Assembly (NCBI GenBank): GCA_010093605.1
Contig: MU004186.1
Span: 1,468,616-1,532,615 of the forward strand
Origin: Lophium mytilinum
Lineage: Eukaryota
Length of the DNA: 64,000 nucleotides
Reading direction: 5' to 3'
Position numbers and translations under genes: made by a program. Positions 21,064-32,691 of the stretch are shown here, piece after piece. Numbering within the stretch: the stretch's first letter is position 1; each line of letters begins with the position of its first letter. The notes under the pieces were generated by a model, which was not told where the DNA came from, ran no database searches, and worked only from the letters and a program-made list of their open reading frames with translations.

Positions 21064-23649
21064 TCAGCGTCGCCATTCATCGTACTTATCGCGATGTTCC
21101 CTCCGCCTCGCTTCTTCCCACTCAGCCATCTCCGCATCTTGGCGCTCTTGTGCTTGGATTTCCCCCCAGCTGATACGAGGCGGACGGCCTCGAGGGGGTG
21201 GAGGTGGTGGACCTGGCGGAGGAGGCGGAGCTCGGCCTTTTCCGTAAGGACGCGAAGCAGGATATGGAGATGGCTTTCGCGAGTCCGTGTTCCTGTATGC
21301 TGGAGGAGCTGGAGGCGGTGGAGGCGGTGGGCCTGATGGAGGAGGAGGCGGAGCTCGACTTCTTCTGTAAGGCTGCGAAGAAGGATATTGCGACAGCTTT
21401 TCCGAGGCTACCTTCTTTTGCGGTGGATACTCTGGGGGAGAAAGTTGGTGCTTCTCTGCCTGCTGCGTGGGTGGCGGTCGATTCCTAGAGTAGCAGTGCT
21501 GAAGATGGCGTTCTAGCGCATTTTCGCTCCACAGCTCCTGTCCACACTTTTGGCAGCAGATGGATGGCTTTGGGGCGGGATGAGCGGTCTGGCGCGTACT
21601 GTCTTCTAACCGGTTGTCGTGCAGCGCTGAAGTGGTGTCAAGCCCGAACTGAGGTTTAGCCGGTGGAGTATAGACTACTCGCGTGAGCGATTGTGTATTC
21701 AGAGACGGGAGTTTGGTTTGCTCACGCTTCACTGGTCTCTTCTCCGCTTGTTCGCGTTTTGCTTGTTTCTTCCGGGCCAGCTGTAGTTCAGCTGCTTCCT
21801 TTTGGGCTTGCTGTCGCTCGGCCTCTTTCTCCTGAGCTTGCTGTCGCTCAGCCTCTTTCCTCAGGGCTTGCTGCCGTTCTGCCTCTTCTTTCTGAGCTTG
21901 CTGCTTGCTCGCTAAATCCTTTAAGGCTTGCTGTCGTTCAGCTTCTTCCTTTTGAGATTTCTCTTTCGCCGCCTGCTCTCTCGCTGCCTCGCGGACCTTC
22001 TCCGCTTCCATCTCAGCCGTCTTCTCCGCGTCTTCCTTTTCGAGCTTGGCCAAACGAGCCAAACGCTCCTCCTCTAATTTCGCCGCAAGTGCAACCTTTG
22101 GGTTCCGCGCTTGCTTTTTCGCCCAATACTCTTCATTCTCCTTTTTCTCCAGGACCTTCCTCGCCTTGACTTTTTCTTCCCATTCCCTAGCCGCTGGCGT
22201 TCGTTCGCTTGGTGAAGACGCAGCAATGGGAGTCGCAAAGGGGTCATATATGGACTCAGCCGCCTTGAATCGGAGCAGTTGTGCAACACTATCAGAGATC
22301 CCGGTGAGTTTTCTCATGGCTTTGTTTCCCCAGGGAGGTCTCGCTAGCCTCGTCGTCGGCTTGGTTAGTAGCGAGCACGAGGTAAGGATTTCGGAGCCTT
22401 CCACCACCTCGCCCTCCTCCAACTCCGATGACTCCTCCCTCCCGGACTCCTCCAAGTGCTCCGCCTCTCTGAGAGCCCATATCGGCTTCGGCGCGTGCCT
22501 TGCGTTCTTCTTTCTTGGAGCGTCCTGTCGCAGTTCGGTGATCTGCTGCTGCTCCAGGAGGTAAGCTTCGATTCTCGTTGTATCGTTGGGCAAGGGTGAA
22601 GCCGAAGGGCTGTTGGGAATCTCCGCCAGATCTTGGCTGCTGGATTCCAGAGCGAGAATTGGTGAACTGCTGTTGTTCTTAGAGATCGAATTAGTTGGTT
22701 TCGGTTGCTCGTCTTCGCCGTCGAAGCTCCACACATCGAAAATACACTTACTCACACCGCGATCGTCGGGCTCGCGCTTTATACCCTGGTGCTCTGAGCC
22801 TGATCTGTAGGCTGAGTCTGATGAGACGGAGCGGGGTTGTGTGCCATTGAAACCAGGATTAGAATTGGAGGAAGGGGAGCTGCCAAGCGATTGATCCAAA
22901 GAGGCGATTGTCATACGTTGAGTACCGGGGGCTGGCATGTGCGCAACATAGTTCTCCGACGTAAGCTCTATTGTGGGCTGCGAGCGCGACTCAGATTGTG
23001 TATCTTGGTGGAAGTTTGGCACTGAAGGGCGAACACTCCCGCGTCTAAGCGTAGAGCGTCGAGCTGGGGACGAGCTCCCTCTAGTCTGTAAAGACCGAGG
23101 CGTGAGCGCGTGAGGGATAGAGACACCTGACTTTGAGACCGATTGAGCGTCAGGAGACTTGGCGTTGGTCTGTCCATTCAATTGGCGTTGCAGCTGCTCG
23201 TTCTCTAGACGCGCCTTGTCGAGCTCCTGCTGTAGATACGAGTTTCGCTGCTTCAGCTCGTGGATCAAGCCCTCCGCTGAGATCCGCTGGGCAATCTCCT
23301 GGTCTAGCTCAGATTGGAGAGATAAAGCTCGAGCTTGAAATTCTTTTCGTCGAGTGCGCTCTTCGTAGGCGACGCTATAGCAGGCGTTCATTCCGCGCCG
23401 AATATCCTCTACGCCATTGGCAAGGCGGCCCACAAGAGGAAGGTCATCCTCTGTGCCAGTAAAGCACCATTGCGCCTCCATATGTTGGTCTATTGACGGT
23501 GTAGTGTCGTGCGGTGACATGGACATTGTCGATCCAGAAGGAGCAGTTACCGCGGACGCAATGAGTGGCGACTGCGGCAAAGTCGCGGAGGGCTTATCAG
23601 GAGGTTCAGCATCACTACCCGGGCTCGTGCCCGCCATGGGTGTATCCAT
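21064..23649 (-). CDS. Large low-complexity protein: coiled coils, KEEAERQQA repeats, C2HC/C2H2-type zinc finger, poly-Pro tail
   Basis: 861-aa uninterrupted ORF with CQKCGQELWSENALERHLQHC, repeated (K)EAERQQA units, and a duplicated S.YP.S.PY...RAPPPPP.GPPPPPP unit. Confidence 0.75.
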   Translation of the reverse strand: MDTPMAGTSPGSDAEPPDKPSATLPQSPLIASAVTAPSGSTMSMSPHDTTPSIDQHMEAQWCFTGTEDDLPLVGRLANGVEDIRRGMNACYSVAYEERTRRKEFQARALSLQSELDQEIAQRISAEGLIHELKQRNSYLQQELDKARLENEQLQRQLNGQTNAKSPDAQSVSKSGVSIPHALTPRSLQTRGSSSPARRSTLRRGSVRPSVPNFHQDTQSESRSQPTIELTSENYVAHMPAPGTQRMTIASLDQSLGSSPSSNSNPGFNGTQPRSVSSDSAYRSGSEHQGIKREPDDRGVSKCIFDVWSFDGEDEQPKPTNSISKNNSSSPILALESSSQDLAEIPNSPSASPLPNDTTRIEAYLLEQQQITELRQDAPRKKNARHAPKPIWALREAEHLEESGREESSELEEGEVVEGSEILTSCSLLTKPTTRLARPPWGNKAMRKLTGISDSVAQLLRFKAAESIYDPFATPIAASSPSERTPAAREWEEKVKARKVLEKKENEEYWAKKQARNPKVALAAKLEEERLARLAKLEKEDAEKTAEMEAEKVREAAREQAAKEKSQKEEAERQQALKDLASKQQAQKEEAERQQALRKEAERQQAQEKEAERQQAQKEAAELQLARKKQAKREQAEKRPVKREQTKLPSLNTQSLTRVVYTPPAKPQFGLDTTSALHDNRLEDSTRQTAHPAPKPSICCQKCGQELWSENALERHLQHCYSRNRPPPTQQAEKHQLSPPEYPPQKKVASEKLSQYPSSQPYRRSRAPPPPPSGPPPPPPPAPPAYRNTDSRKPSPYPASRPYGKGRAPPPPPGPPPPPPRGRPPRISWGEIQAQERQDAEMAEWEEARRREHRDKYDEWRR

Positions 23650-24362
23650 GCTGAGATTGAGCTGTTCTCTGTACTAGCTGAAGAATAGGGATGTGTTGGT
23701 GGTGATGTGGGGGAAGTGTATGGAGTGGAGTTGAGCGGATGGAGAGTGTTGGAGAGGAACGAGGCACTATTTATGCGGCTGTCACCAGTAAACAAAATTT
23801 CATATCACCGGAGAGAATGCTTTCAGGGCGAGTCCGGCTGGCTTATCGATTGGTGAATGACCTAGATGAGAGGATATAAGTCAGTAGTCTTAGTTTGAGT
23901 AGTATCTGTGTGTTCACTCACTGGCTACGTCCAAACTTGCGGATCTTGCAGAATACTAGACGGGCACCCAGGCGCATCGCCGACATACAAACCCGAGATC
24001 AGTAAATACTGAACTCATGGTCACCTATGCTATACCACAGGAACTTATCCTAAGGTTTAGGCTTTTGTACAGACTGGTCTCGTAGTCAGTGGGTTGGAAG
24101 GAAAGTCGGGAGTATGGTAGTCACGTGATGCAAAGATTTTTAGATGTGATTAGAAAATTACTGCTCTAAGATAGAGGCGATTCCGCTTGATAGAAGGATC
24201 CTTGCCACCTCAAATTGCATGTTTGATGCGATAAAAGGAGCAGTTGTGCCACGCTACTTTACCTACTGTCTACTCAAACTGGGGAAGATCGCCTATAAAC
24301 ACCTAACACCTTGCCAATGCACGCTGAAGATTGCATCCTACACATGCTAGCCTCATCATAAA

Positions 24363-25661
24363 TCAAGCCACTTCCTCCACCATACGTCCACTAAACGGTC
24401 TTGGAGGGTTAGGAGCTGGAATAGCGCCAGTGAACACGCTCCCGATTGGAGACGATAGCCATTCGTCGGGGACGGCGACCTGACTTCCACTGATGGTCTG
24501 GGTGTAGCGAACGTAAAGTGGTGAGGCTCTTTCAACCTCTGGTTCATCGTCCTGGCCGGATTCTCCGTTGTCCGCCGCGGCGCGACCACGTCGCTTGGGT
24601 GGTTGTTTCTTCAGCAGTCGATTGATGGTGTCCATCTGTTAGCGTTGTTAGTACAGCTAGGTAGATGCGAGCAAGGGTATAGGGCGAAATTGGCGGACCT
24701 TTTCTTCTTCGTTTCGCTTCTCGCTGAGGTTCTTCCGGCGGCGTGCCATCTCAGCCCTACGCATGGCGTGTTCCTCAGCAGTAAGGTGTTTCTTCTTCTG
24801 AGCCTCTGATTACAGTGTCAGCGTATGTCACGTCGTTTGGAACAACGGGGAGTGTATACCATTGGACAGAAACATGAGCCCTGAGTCGGTCTCTTCGGCC
24901 ATGGCTCGTTGTCTTCGAGTGAGCTTGCTGAGATCAGGAGTATGGCTGCGGCTCATGGACCGGGGAGTATCGTCGTCGCTGTCTAGATCGTCATCTCGCT
25001 CAACGTCCTCCATGTCATCGTCTTCACCTTCGGCATCTTCGTCGCCGCCCTCGTCTTCGTCATCTTCCTCCTGGGAATCTAATTCGGACAGTTCATCGTC
25101 GTCGTCATCGTTGGCCATGGCCATTTCCTTGGCTTCAACGCTGGAGATGTCCGGAGCGGGAGTGACGTTAATGCTTGGCTTGATGAGTCGCGCGACGCCC
25201 CGGGGCTTCGCTGCAGGTATTGGGGGAGGAGCGTCCTCCATTTCAACATCCTCCTCGCCCTCAGCATCTATATCATCGTCTTCCTCCTCGGGCTCTTCCT
25301 CTTCTTCCTCCTCGTCCTCGTCCATTTCTTCAGGCTCCTCATCTTCCTCGTCATCCTCCTCCTCGCTTGACTCTTCCAGTATGACCTTCTTGTTCCGGGT
25401 GCCGCGAGGGCCGCTAACAATCTCGCCGCCCGCGAAGCCTCCTCGCGAGCTGCCGGACACGCTGCGGGTAGACCCGCTGGTAGCTTGCCTGAGCTTGCTA
25501 GGCGGGGCCTTGACGGTGAGATGGATGGACTGGCGTGTTTCTTCGGGGGAAGTCCGCTCGATCCTGGCGGCGGGGGTTGCTACGCCGCGTCGTGGGCGGG
25601 CAGAGGCATTGCTGGACTCCGCAGTCAGAGAAGCTCGCGATCGCAGACGGCGCGAGGCCAT
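24363..25661 (-). CDS. IES2: INO80 complex subunit Ies2 (PAPA-1 domain)
   Basis: IHLTVKAPPSKLRQAT, acidic tract, TPDLSKLTRRQR, L..LSNEAQKKKHLTAEEHAMRRAEMARRRKNLSEKRNEEEK-MDTINRLLKKQPPKRR, VAVPDEWL. Two introns. Confidence 0.92.
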
Positions 25662-26349
25662 GGCGGGGAGAATGAGAGGCGGTGTTTAGGGGTTCAGATA
25701 GGAAAACAGAAAGAGTGGAGGGGTTCAGAGAGGTGTATTGAGGGTGCAGTGAAGGTGGGAAGATGTGCTGGATGGGCTTCTTGGGCGGGAGTTCAGCAAT
25801 ATAGCCGGTGGTGTTGCATTTCACCTGGGAGGGCGGCGGAGAGTAATGTGCAGGCCTGAGGCGAGCCTTGTACTCCCCACGCTGCCCTTGGCGCGATGCC
25901 CATCGCGGTGAAGCAGCCAGTCGGCCAGCCACCTGCCACATACCTAGGAGAGCTGCCTTTGTGAGCTCCTGCCGCCCAATCATCCGCCCCTTCAGACTCG
26001 TCGTAATCAGTGCTCAGCCGCCGTAAGCGCTTAACTGGCCGGTCACCGCGCTCAGCCATTGCAGTGGTTGTAAGGATGCTGGGATAAGAATGGGGCTCGC
26101 AATGCTCCGTAGGGATTTCGTCTGAATGCGCCCGCGAGGATTCGCGCCAGCATTGAGTTGAGGTACGCGGGGCTCGGACCACCTGTAAGCTGGAGTTTGG
26201 AGTAGGCCGTATCGGTACGGGATGCTGCAGCCTTTTCTAGACATTATGGCACCTCGGCCCAGTCAACACCACGTTCATCCACTCTGTTCTCTCCATTCTC
26301 TTTCTCTCTCACATTATTTGTTGTTCTTGACGTATACGCTGTAAAAGCC

Positions 26350-27603
26350 ATGTCGGACAAGCCCGCAAAGCCCGCAATCCCTTCCTGGCAACGCGCCACA
26401 CCCCCAGCCTCCTCGTCATCCCCGGGCGCCGAAGACTCCACCAGGGACGAAACTCAAACAGCTGCTGAATCGCAAGAAGACCAGCCAAGAGAGGAAGACA
26501 CCACATCAGAAGACCCAACTCTATTAGAGCAAGCTTTGGAGTTCCTCGAAGACCCAGCCATACGCGATGCGCCTCGAGATCGCAAAGCAGCGTTTCTGGA
26601 GTCCAAGGGAGTGACCAAGGAGAACATTCAGAAGCTCCTTGGAGCGGCGGATGAACCAAAAACCTCTCCTAGTGTTGCGACAAGTGGAGAGCAGCCATGG
26701 CCAAAAGTTCGTCGTACTCCAGCCCGCTTCGCCTCTTAAGAGCCTGTGGCTAGACGTTCCCTCCACAGATCTTCGATTGCACTATACTGACTATTTCAGA
26801 CTTCATCAGCCCCGAAAGCACAACCAAGAGACATACCACCCATAGTCACCTACCCCGAGTTCCTCACCCAGTCCACAAGACCCCCACCTCTCATAACGGC
26901 CCGCCGCATTGCAACAACTGCCTACGTAGCAGGCGCAGTTGCCACCGCAATCTATGGAATCTCCAAATATATAGTCTCGCCTATGACAGACACGTTATCG
27001 GACGCCCGTCACGACTTTGCTTCGCACGCTCAAAGCCACGTCGAAGAGTTCAACACCAGGCTAGGGGATATAGTCTCAGTCGACCCTGCTACAACATCGA
27101 AGCTATTGAAGCCTATAGATCACAGCGACGACATATCGGAAGCCGACTCAGACCCAACAGAGCTCTACCACCGCGATTTTGGGACCCAGACAACTCCTTC
27201 TCTTTCCCGCCGTCCGTCCGTCTCTTCCAATACCAATTCAGATCCAGAAGCAAACACCACAGTAGCTATACACGAAACTCGCCTGAAATCTCTAACATCA
27301 CACCTTCGCGAACTCGAAGCCACACACAATAATGACACATCCTCCGCCGACTCCCTCCGAGCATCGCTCACCGACCTCAATACATATCTCAACGAGATGA
27401 CTTACCAGAGCTACCACAGCTACAGCGGCGGGTTGTACGGAGGCTCAAATTACGGGATGCCACGGGGCAAAGATGGGAAGGAGGATCAGGTGGAAGCACT
27501 AAAGGCCGAGATCAGGGGTGTGAAGGGGGTTTTACTTTCTGCGCGGAATTTCCCGGCGGGTGGTGGGAGGGTGAGAAGTCTTGTTGGAGCTACGGAGGGC
27601 TGA
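26350..27603 (+). CDS. PEX14/17: Peroxisomal docking-complex protein Pex14/17 (Pex33-like)
   Basis: AIPSWQR, Pex14_N-like A.EFLEDP.IRDAP..RK.AFLESKG, intron ~26707-26799, PPIVTYPEFL, DSDPTELYHRDFGTQT, C-terminal EIRGVKGVLLSARNFP. Confidence 0.85.
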
Positions 27604-27911
27604 ATTATGGCTGTTGTGCTAACTTTCGCCAGATACCTGTTGGGAATTGAGCGGCGTTCAAAGACGGCAATACACTGAATGTAACTAGTGTAAAAGCAGT
27701 CTTGAAGTTGAAGGACTGGCTGATGCACTGGTGTATGATTATAAGCGGGAAAGACCAAGATCTAAGGACGAATATACCCAAATTAAAATAATGAGACTCT
27801 TTGTCTACCAACAGACAGCCCTGAGCCGATGCCAAACTCCGCATATTTAACTCCAGACCTAAAGTCGTATTGCTCATATATCGTTAAAAAATGAAACGCA
27901 TCAGAATGTCC

Positions 27912-30056
27912 TCAGACCTTCTCTCCATCCTTCTCCGCCATTTCTTCCGCCTCGGTCTTCTTCCCACCCGTAACACCAGCCATCGATCCAAGTTTCGAAA
28001 ACGCTCCGCTGCTGATTTTCAGCTTCTCTGTAGCCCAGCTCATGATACTGTCCTCATTTTTCTTCTCGACCTCTTTCTCCATGTCTTTAGCCTCTTCATC
28101 TGCATCTTTTCCTTTCTCTTTCTGGGCTTTCTCTTCAGCTTCCTTCTTTTGCTCTTCCTCAACCTTCTTCAACTCGGTCTCTTCACGAGCAACCTCTTCA
28201 AGATCGACATCTTCAAATCCGATCTTCTTCAGGATAGTACCAGCCAGCCATCTGTACCGTGTGTGACCATTGACAAGATCACTCACATCAACATTTTGAA
28301 TGCCTTTTATGTCTTCCACCTTCTGCAGCCCAGCGACACCGTATTGAATGCTGCTGGTCCGGTAAAGGAAAGCGAGAATGTAGTCGTTGGTCGAATAGAC
28401 GTTGACGACCCTTCCAGAAACCACACTCCTAATCTTTCGCCACTCGTTCGAGGTCGACGGAAGAGGCCCGCCCATGATGACTACACTCTCGACCAATCCA
28501 AACGCCTTCCTCTCTGCCAATGTCTGCAGACAGGTGTAGATCACTCGCGCACCGAGCGAGTAGCCTATCAGGGTAACCGGTCTCTCACCCTGCACCTTAT
28601 TGATCAGTGCATCCGCGAGTACCTCGCCGGCCTTGTCACCTCTCGCCTTCGCGACGCTAAACGGGTTATCGATGATCCTCGAGACCTTCAGCAAACCTAG
28701 CGGCCACAGTCCCGCGCTCAGAGCCGCAAATACGGTGCGTTTGATGATCTCGTGCTTTGCATAGCTCCATGCCGCGGACTGGACCATAGTGGTGAGCGAG
28801 TTGCCGAGTTTCAGTAGTGCCTCTAGCTCCCAACGCAATGCGAAGCCTTCGATTGAGGGACCGATGATGCGCCACGGCACCACGACTTCCTCTTTATCAG
28901 TCAGCCACCCAGATATCCCGATAGCGACGCGTAACCGGCGGAATTCCTTCTCAATCTTGCGTGGACGGTGGAAGTTTCGGATAGGCACGAAGCCAAAGTC
29001 GTCGACCTCCTTCGCATATTCGTCCATCATCTTCCCGGTCATACGGGCCCCATACGCTCCAAATAGCCCACCCACAATCACCGTACTGCTCGCTAGCGTA
29101 CCCAAATAGCCCGCAGCAGCCGTAGCACCCAGTCCTAAGCCACCCATAACAGACCCGACACCAGCGGCGAGCAGGGGCGCAGCCAAACCCCCCGTAACAC
29201 CAATAAGTGCAGCACCCGCCACACTCGCTAGCCCAACTTTCCACTTTCGACTGCTGTGATTCTCCTCTGCCTTCTTCTTCGTCTCTTTATCTGCATTCAT
29301 CTGCTGTTTCACCGCCTCCAGCAACCCCTTCGCCACATTCCTCTCATCCTCCGCCAACACTTCAATCGACAAACCCAGACTACTCGTCAAATGCAACAGC
29401 AAGATCCTCGAATGCGCAGAATACTGCTCCAAACTCAGCAACAAAAGCACGAGGCTGTGCAACACCAGCGCCCTCTTCGGCTCCTCCAACTGCCTCAATT
29501 CCGTTGGGATGGGCGGGTATATCTCATGTAACGCTTCCGCAACCCCCTCATCCTGTTTCTGCGGCGTCGCACTCAACCGCTTCGTCCCCATATCCGGCGA
29601 CGCAGCACGCGTGGGATGCTTCCCCTGCTCCCGTGCCTCAGCCTTCGAGTTCACGACTTCGCCGACGCGTTGCAGCACCGTGTCCCGCCATGCCTCGAAG
29701 TACTCTAGCGCTTTTTGCTTCAGTTCGACTGTTTCGGGTTGCGCGAGCTCTTCCTCCAGCTCTTTCTTCCTGTCTGCTGCGTCTTGTCGTAGTTTGTCTT
29801 CTTTCTCGACGTCGACTTCGGCGAGGTTGGTGGGCGCGGAGAGGAACGCGTCGCCGGTTCTGGGCGGATCGGGGCTGGAGTCCGGGGTCGAGTCGTAGGC
29901 GGAGACGAGGGTCGTGCGCATAGAGGCCGTGCTGGAGGCGATGAGGAGGGTGAGGTCGGAGCGTTGCTCAGGTGTCAGGATTGACGTGAGAGATTGCTCG
30001 TCTTCTTGGGGAGGGGGCTGGTCGTGGTCGTGGGACCATGGGAGGTGGGAGAGCAT
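27912..30056 (-). CDS. DUF726 alpha/beta-hydrolase-like membrane protein (Mil1/TMCO4 family)
   Basis: 714-aa intronless ORF with KVGLASVAGAALIGVTGGLAAPL, IDNPFSVA, GERPVTLIGYSLGARVI and VVSGRVVNVYSTNDYILAFLYR. Confidence 0.9.
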   Translation of the reverse strand: MLSHLPWSHDHDQPPPQEDEQSLTSILTPEQRSDLTLLIASSTASMRTTLVSAYDSTPDSSPDPPRTGDAFLSAPTNLAEVDVEKEDKLRQDAADRKKELEEELAQPETVELKQKALEYFEAWRDTVLQRVGEVVNSKAEAREQGKHPTRAASPDMGTKRLSATPQKQDEGVAEALHEIYPPIPTELRQLEEPKRALVLHSLVLLLLSLEQYSAHSRILLLHLTSSLGLSIEVLAEDERNVAKGLLEAVKQQMNADKETKKKAEENHSSRKWKVGLASVAGAALIGVTGGLAAPLLAAGVGSVMGGLGLGATAAAGYLGTLASSTVIVGGLFGAYGARMTGKMMDEYAKEVDDFGFVPIRNFHRPRKIEKEFRRLRVAIGISGWLTDKEEVVVPWRIIGPSIEGFALRWELEALLKLGNSLTTMVQSAAWSYAKHEIIKRTVFAALSAGLWPLGLLKVSRIIDNPFSVAKARGDKAGEVLADALINKVQGERPVTLIGYSLGARVIYTCLQTLAERKAFGLVESVVIMGGPLPSTSNEWRKIRSVVSGRVVNVYSTNDYILAFLYRTSSIQYGVAGLQKVEDIKGIQNVDVSDLVNGHTRYRWLAGTILKKIGFEDVDLEEVAREETELKKVEEEQKKEAEEKAQKEKGKDADEEAKDMEKEVEKKNEDSIMSWATEKLKISSGAFSKLGSMAGVTGGKKTEAEEMAEKDGEKV

Positions 30057-31191
30057 GATTGATGTGGGGGGCGCTGGGGCCCGGGGAGTGAGCTCAATTG
30101 AAGCGTAATGGTCGAAAAGGGAGATTTAGGACCTAAGGACAGGGCATGTAGCTTTATTGAAGGTTGATCGAAGCAAGAACTGCAAGTGTGGCTTGCTTCT
30201 TGTGGCAGTTTGGAGACGTCGTGGATTGAGTGTTGTATCATGACGTCAGCAGCACGTGAAAACGAGAAAGCTAAAAGGCTCCTCGAGGGTTTAGGATCAT
30301 CACAAGGGTATATAATTAATAAGATAATGGAGGAGAATGTTTAGTGTCATTGCTAAATGCTTTGAAAAACTTAGGCTTGTTAGTGATGATCGGGCCCTTA
30401 CAGGTCACATGAGCATCTCTGGGTATTGATTTTCGTTTGATTAGTAACGGAGTGTCCCGATTGAATTGTGTTGTGTCCGTAACAACTCACGTCGTGAGTC
30501 GATCGGGACACTCCACTAAGTTGATAGGGACACTCACTGACCTTCAATACCCTTTCCGACATAGAACAGATAATACTAGGTCAACGATAACTGTTCCACT
30601 CTTCAATCCCATATCCATCCCTTTTCTATCTCATAACTAACCTATACTTATCCCATTCCTATTTCATTACCATAATAGAAACACAATCACAGGACTACCA
30701 CAGCACCTACCCTCTCAAGGTACCCTCCATCCATCGAGAACCGGGAAGCATCTTGTGATTTATTTTTCAACTGCATGCTCATTATCGTTTCCAACGACTC
30801 CGTGAAATATTGATCATTGTCCCAGTCTTTTTTGAAATGACGAGCTGGTAATTTGACTTCAGTCCGGACGAATGGACGTGCCTTCACAGTTTCTCGAATA
30901 ATGGGCCCAATAGTAAATGTCAAGGAGGTGTTTGGTGTCTGAGAAGTGATGGTCAATGTCCCTCAACGGGGAGAGTGCTGGCACCAACAACCCATAAAAG
31001 GCAATTCAAATGCCGTTTTTTCGGCATTCCGTGCCCGGTAGCCTACACTCACGTTATCCCACGGCTATCTATGGGCATTCTACGCCATCATATTACTAAG
31101 AGCGAGTTGTTCGCCCGGCTCTTTCCCCGCATTTCCTTCATCCCTATCTTTGTCCCCATCTTTCTTCCTTCTTCCTTCTTCTTCAACGGTA

Positions 31192-32037
31192 ATGCCACCA
31201 ACTACCTTCGACACCACGATGACTCACTACGAGAACGACTCCTATGGGTCTGATCATGACGACGAGTACGACTCCGGCGACTTCGATATGGACGACGACC
31301 CTCCAAAATACAGACCGGATGCTACCGTAACCGAAGTTCGTAACCTATCCTAATCGCACATACTTAAATATTCGCTGAAGTTTCTGTAGATCACGTCTAT
31401 GCGTCGCAATCGGAATACCCTCACCTGCTCCTGTACTACCGGCTGCACCACTCGCTGTTCTTGTTTCAAGAACCGCGCGGGCTGTGGCGGCAAGTGCACC
31501 TGCACCTCCTGCGCCAACGTACTCAACAGGCTGCCAGCATTCTTTGGCGAAGAAGGGGTCACAGCTAGCCCCTGCTTTGTGGACTGGATCAAGAAGACTG
31601 ATAAAAAGGTCGATCTCACCGATTCGGAATTCGTCGAGTTGATTCGTAGCACCATTTTCCAAGTCCGCAAAGGCGATATGGTGAAACCACCACAGGACGA
31701 CATCTTCGAGGAGGGCATGATAGGAAGTCTGCATGAGCTCGCAGATGCATGGGTCGACCCTGGCGCCACACCACAGATGAAGGAGGATGCCATGAGGGCG
31801 ATCTTGAGAGAGGGCCTTGGGGTTGAAAGCGAAGGATTCCGTATGTATTACTACTCTTTCTGCCGCAACACTTCGGTGCAGGATGACTGTACCAGCCACT
31901 GCGCAACGTGCGGCGATTGCATGGACTGGAGGGAGTGGCATTGCAACACGTGCAAAAAGTGTACTTATGGGGTGTCGTTACCCTGCAAATGTGGAGGAGT
32001 CTCGAGCATGTATCATTCGTGTCATCAGGGCGACTGA
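31192..32037 (+). CDS. CXC (tesmin/TSO1-like) plus C-terminal Cys/His-rich protein, paralog A
   Basis: ATG 31192, acidic exon 1 ending ..TVTE, intron 31336-31389, then [37 protein letters not shown], and YYYSFC...[30 protein letters not shown]. Confidence 0.8.
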
Positions 32038-32691
32038 AGATATAGTGTGGGCAGCTTCTGATCTTTCAGGTCTACCGTCGTTCCTTCGCCTTGTCAGTAA
32101 CACTAGAAGGCGTTATATGTAGATCCCTAAATCTATTTACAGCTATGCACACCCGTTTACCTCTGATTGTGGTACCCCACTGAAAAGATCTATGCGCGAT
32201 GTCAACATCTAGGTAGAGCAAATCAGACTGCGACTTAATTCACTGCCTATGATAAGTTCCTGAGCCTATGATAATTTCTTGAGCCTAGACTTATGGTCTC
32301 GTACTCTACCCCTTCTTCGAGATAATAGAAAGGTTCATAGTCTTTTAGCCTGCTTCTTGTCTCTTATCACTAAGTGTTAAGTTAGTCTGCTTAGACAGTA
32401 TCATGAAACCACGCAAGTCAGTATGGGTAGGGAGGAGCGTTGAAGACTATGTACGTCAGGCAGGTGTAGTAGGTAGCTCATCTCCTTACCTTCCTCCAGA
32501 TTCCTCCCTCTACTCTACATGATCATCAACCACATTGGATACCACTCACAATATCCATTATCAACCTGGTACGTTTTGTCGTTGCTTCAGATCGCTTTTT
32601 AGCTCGCACAGCAAACCAGTAGCCCGTTCGTCTTCAATTCCATCGTTTTTCTCCATCGTTATCCCCACCCCGTCGTCGTATCACCACCACA

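Noticed and set aside
24862..25689. 275-aa Ser-rich ORF on the + strand
   Set aside because: Antisense shadow of the acidic Asp/Glu tract of IES2.
27891..29923. Several long + strand ORFs (269, 238 aa and others)
   Set aside because: Antisense to the DUF726 gene, with no recognisable motifs.
30687..31060. Minus-strand frame with one internal TGA (..ELPFMGCWCQHSPR*GTLTITSQ..KKDWDNDQYFTESLE..)
   Set aside because: Could be a decayed gene, but I recognise no family and see no clear start or splice signals.
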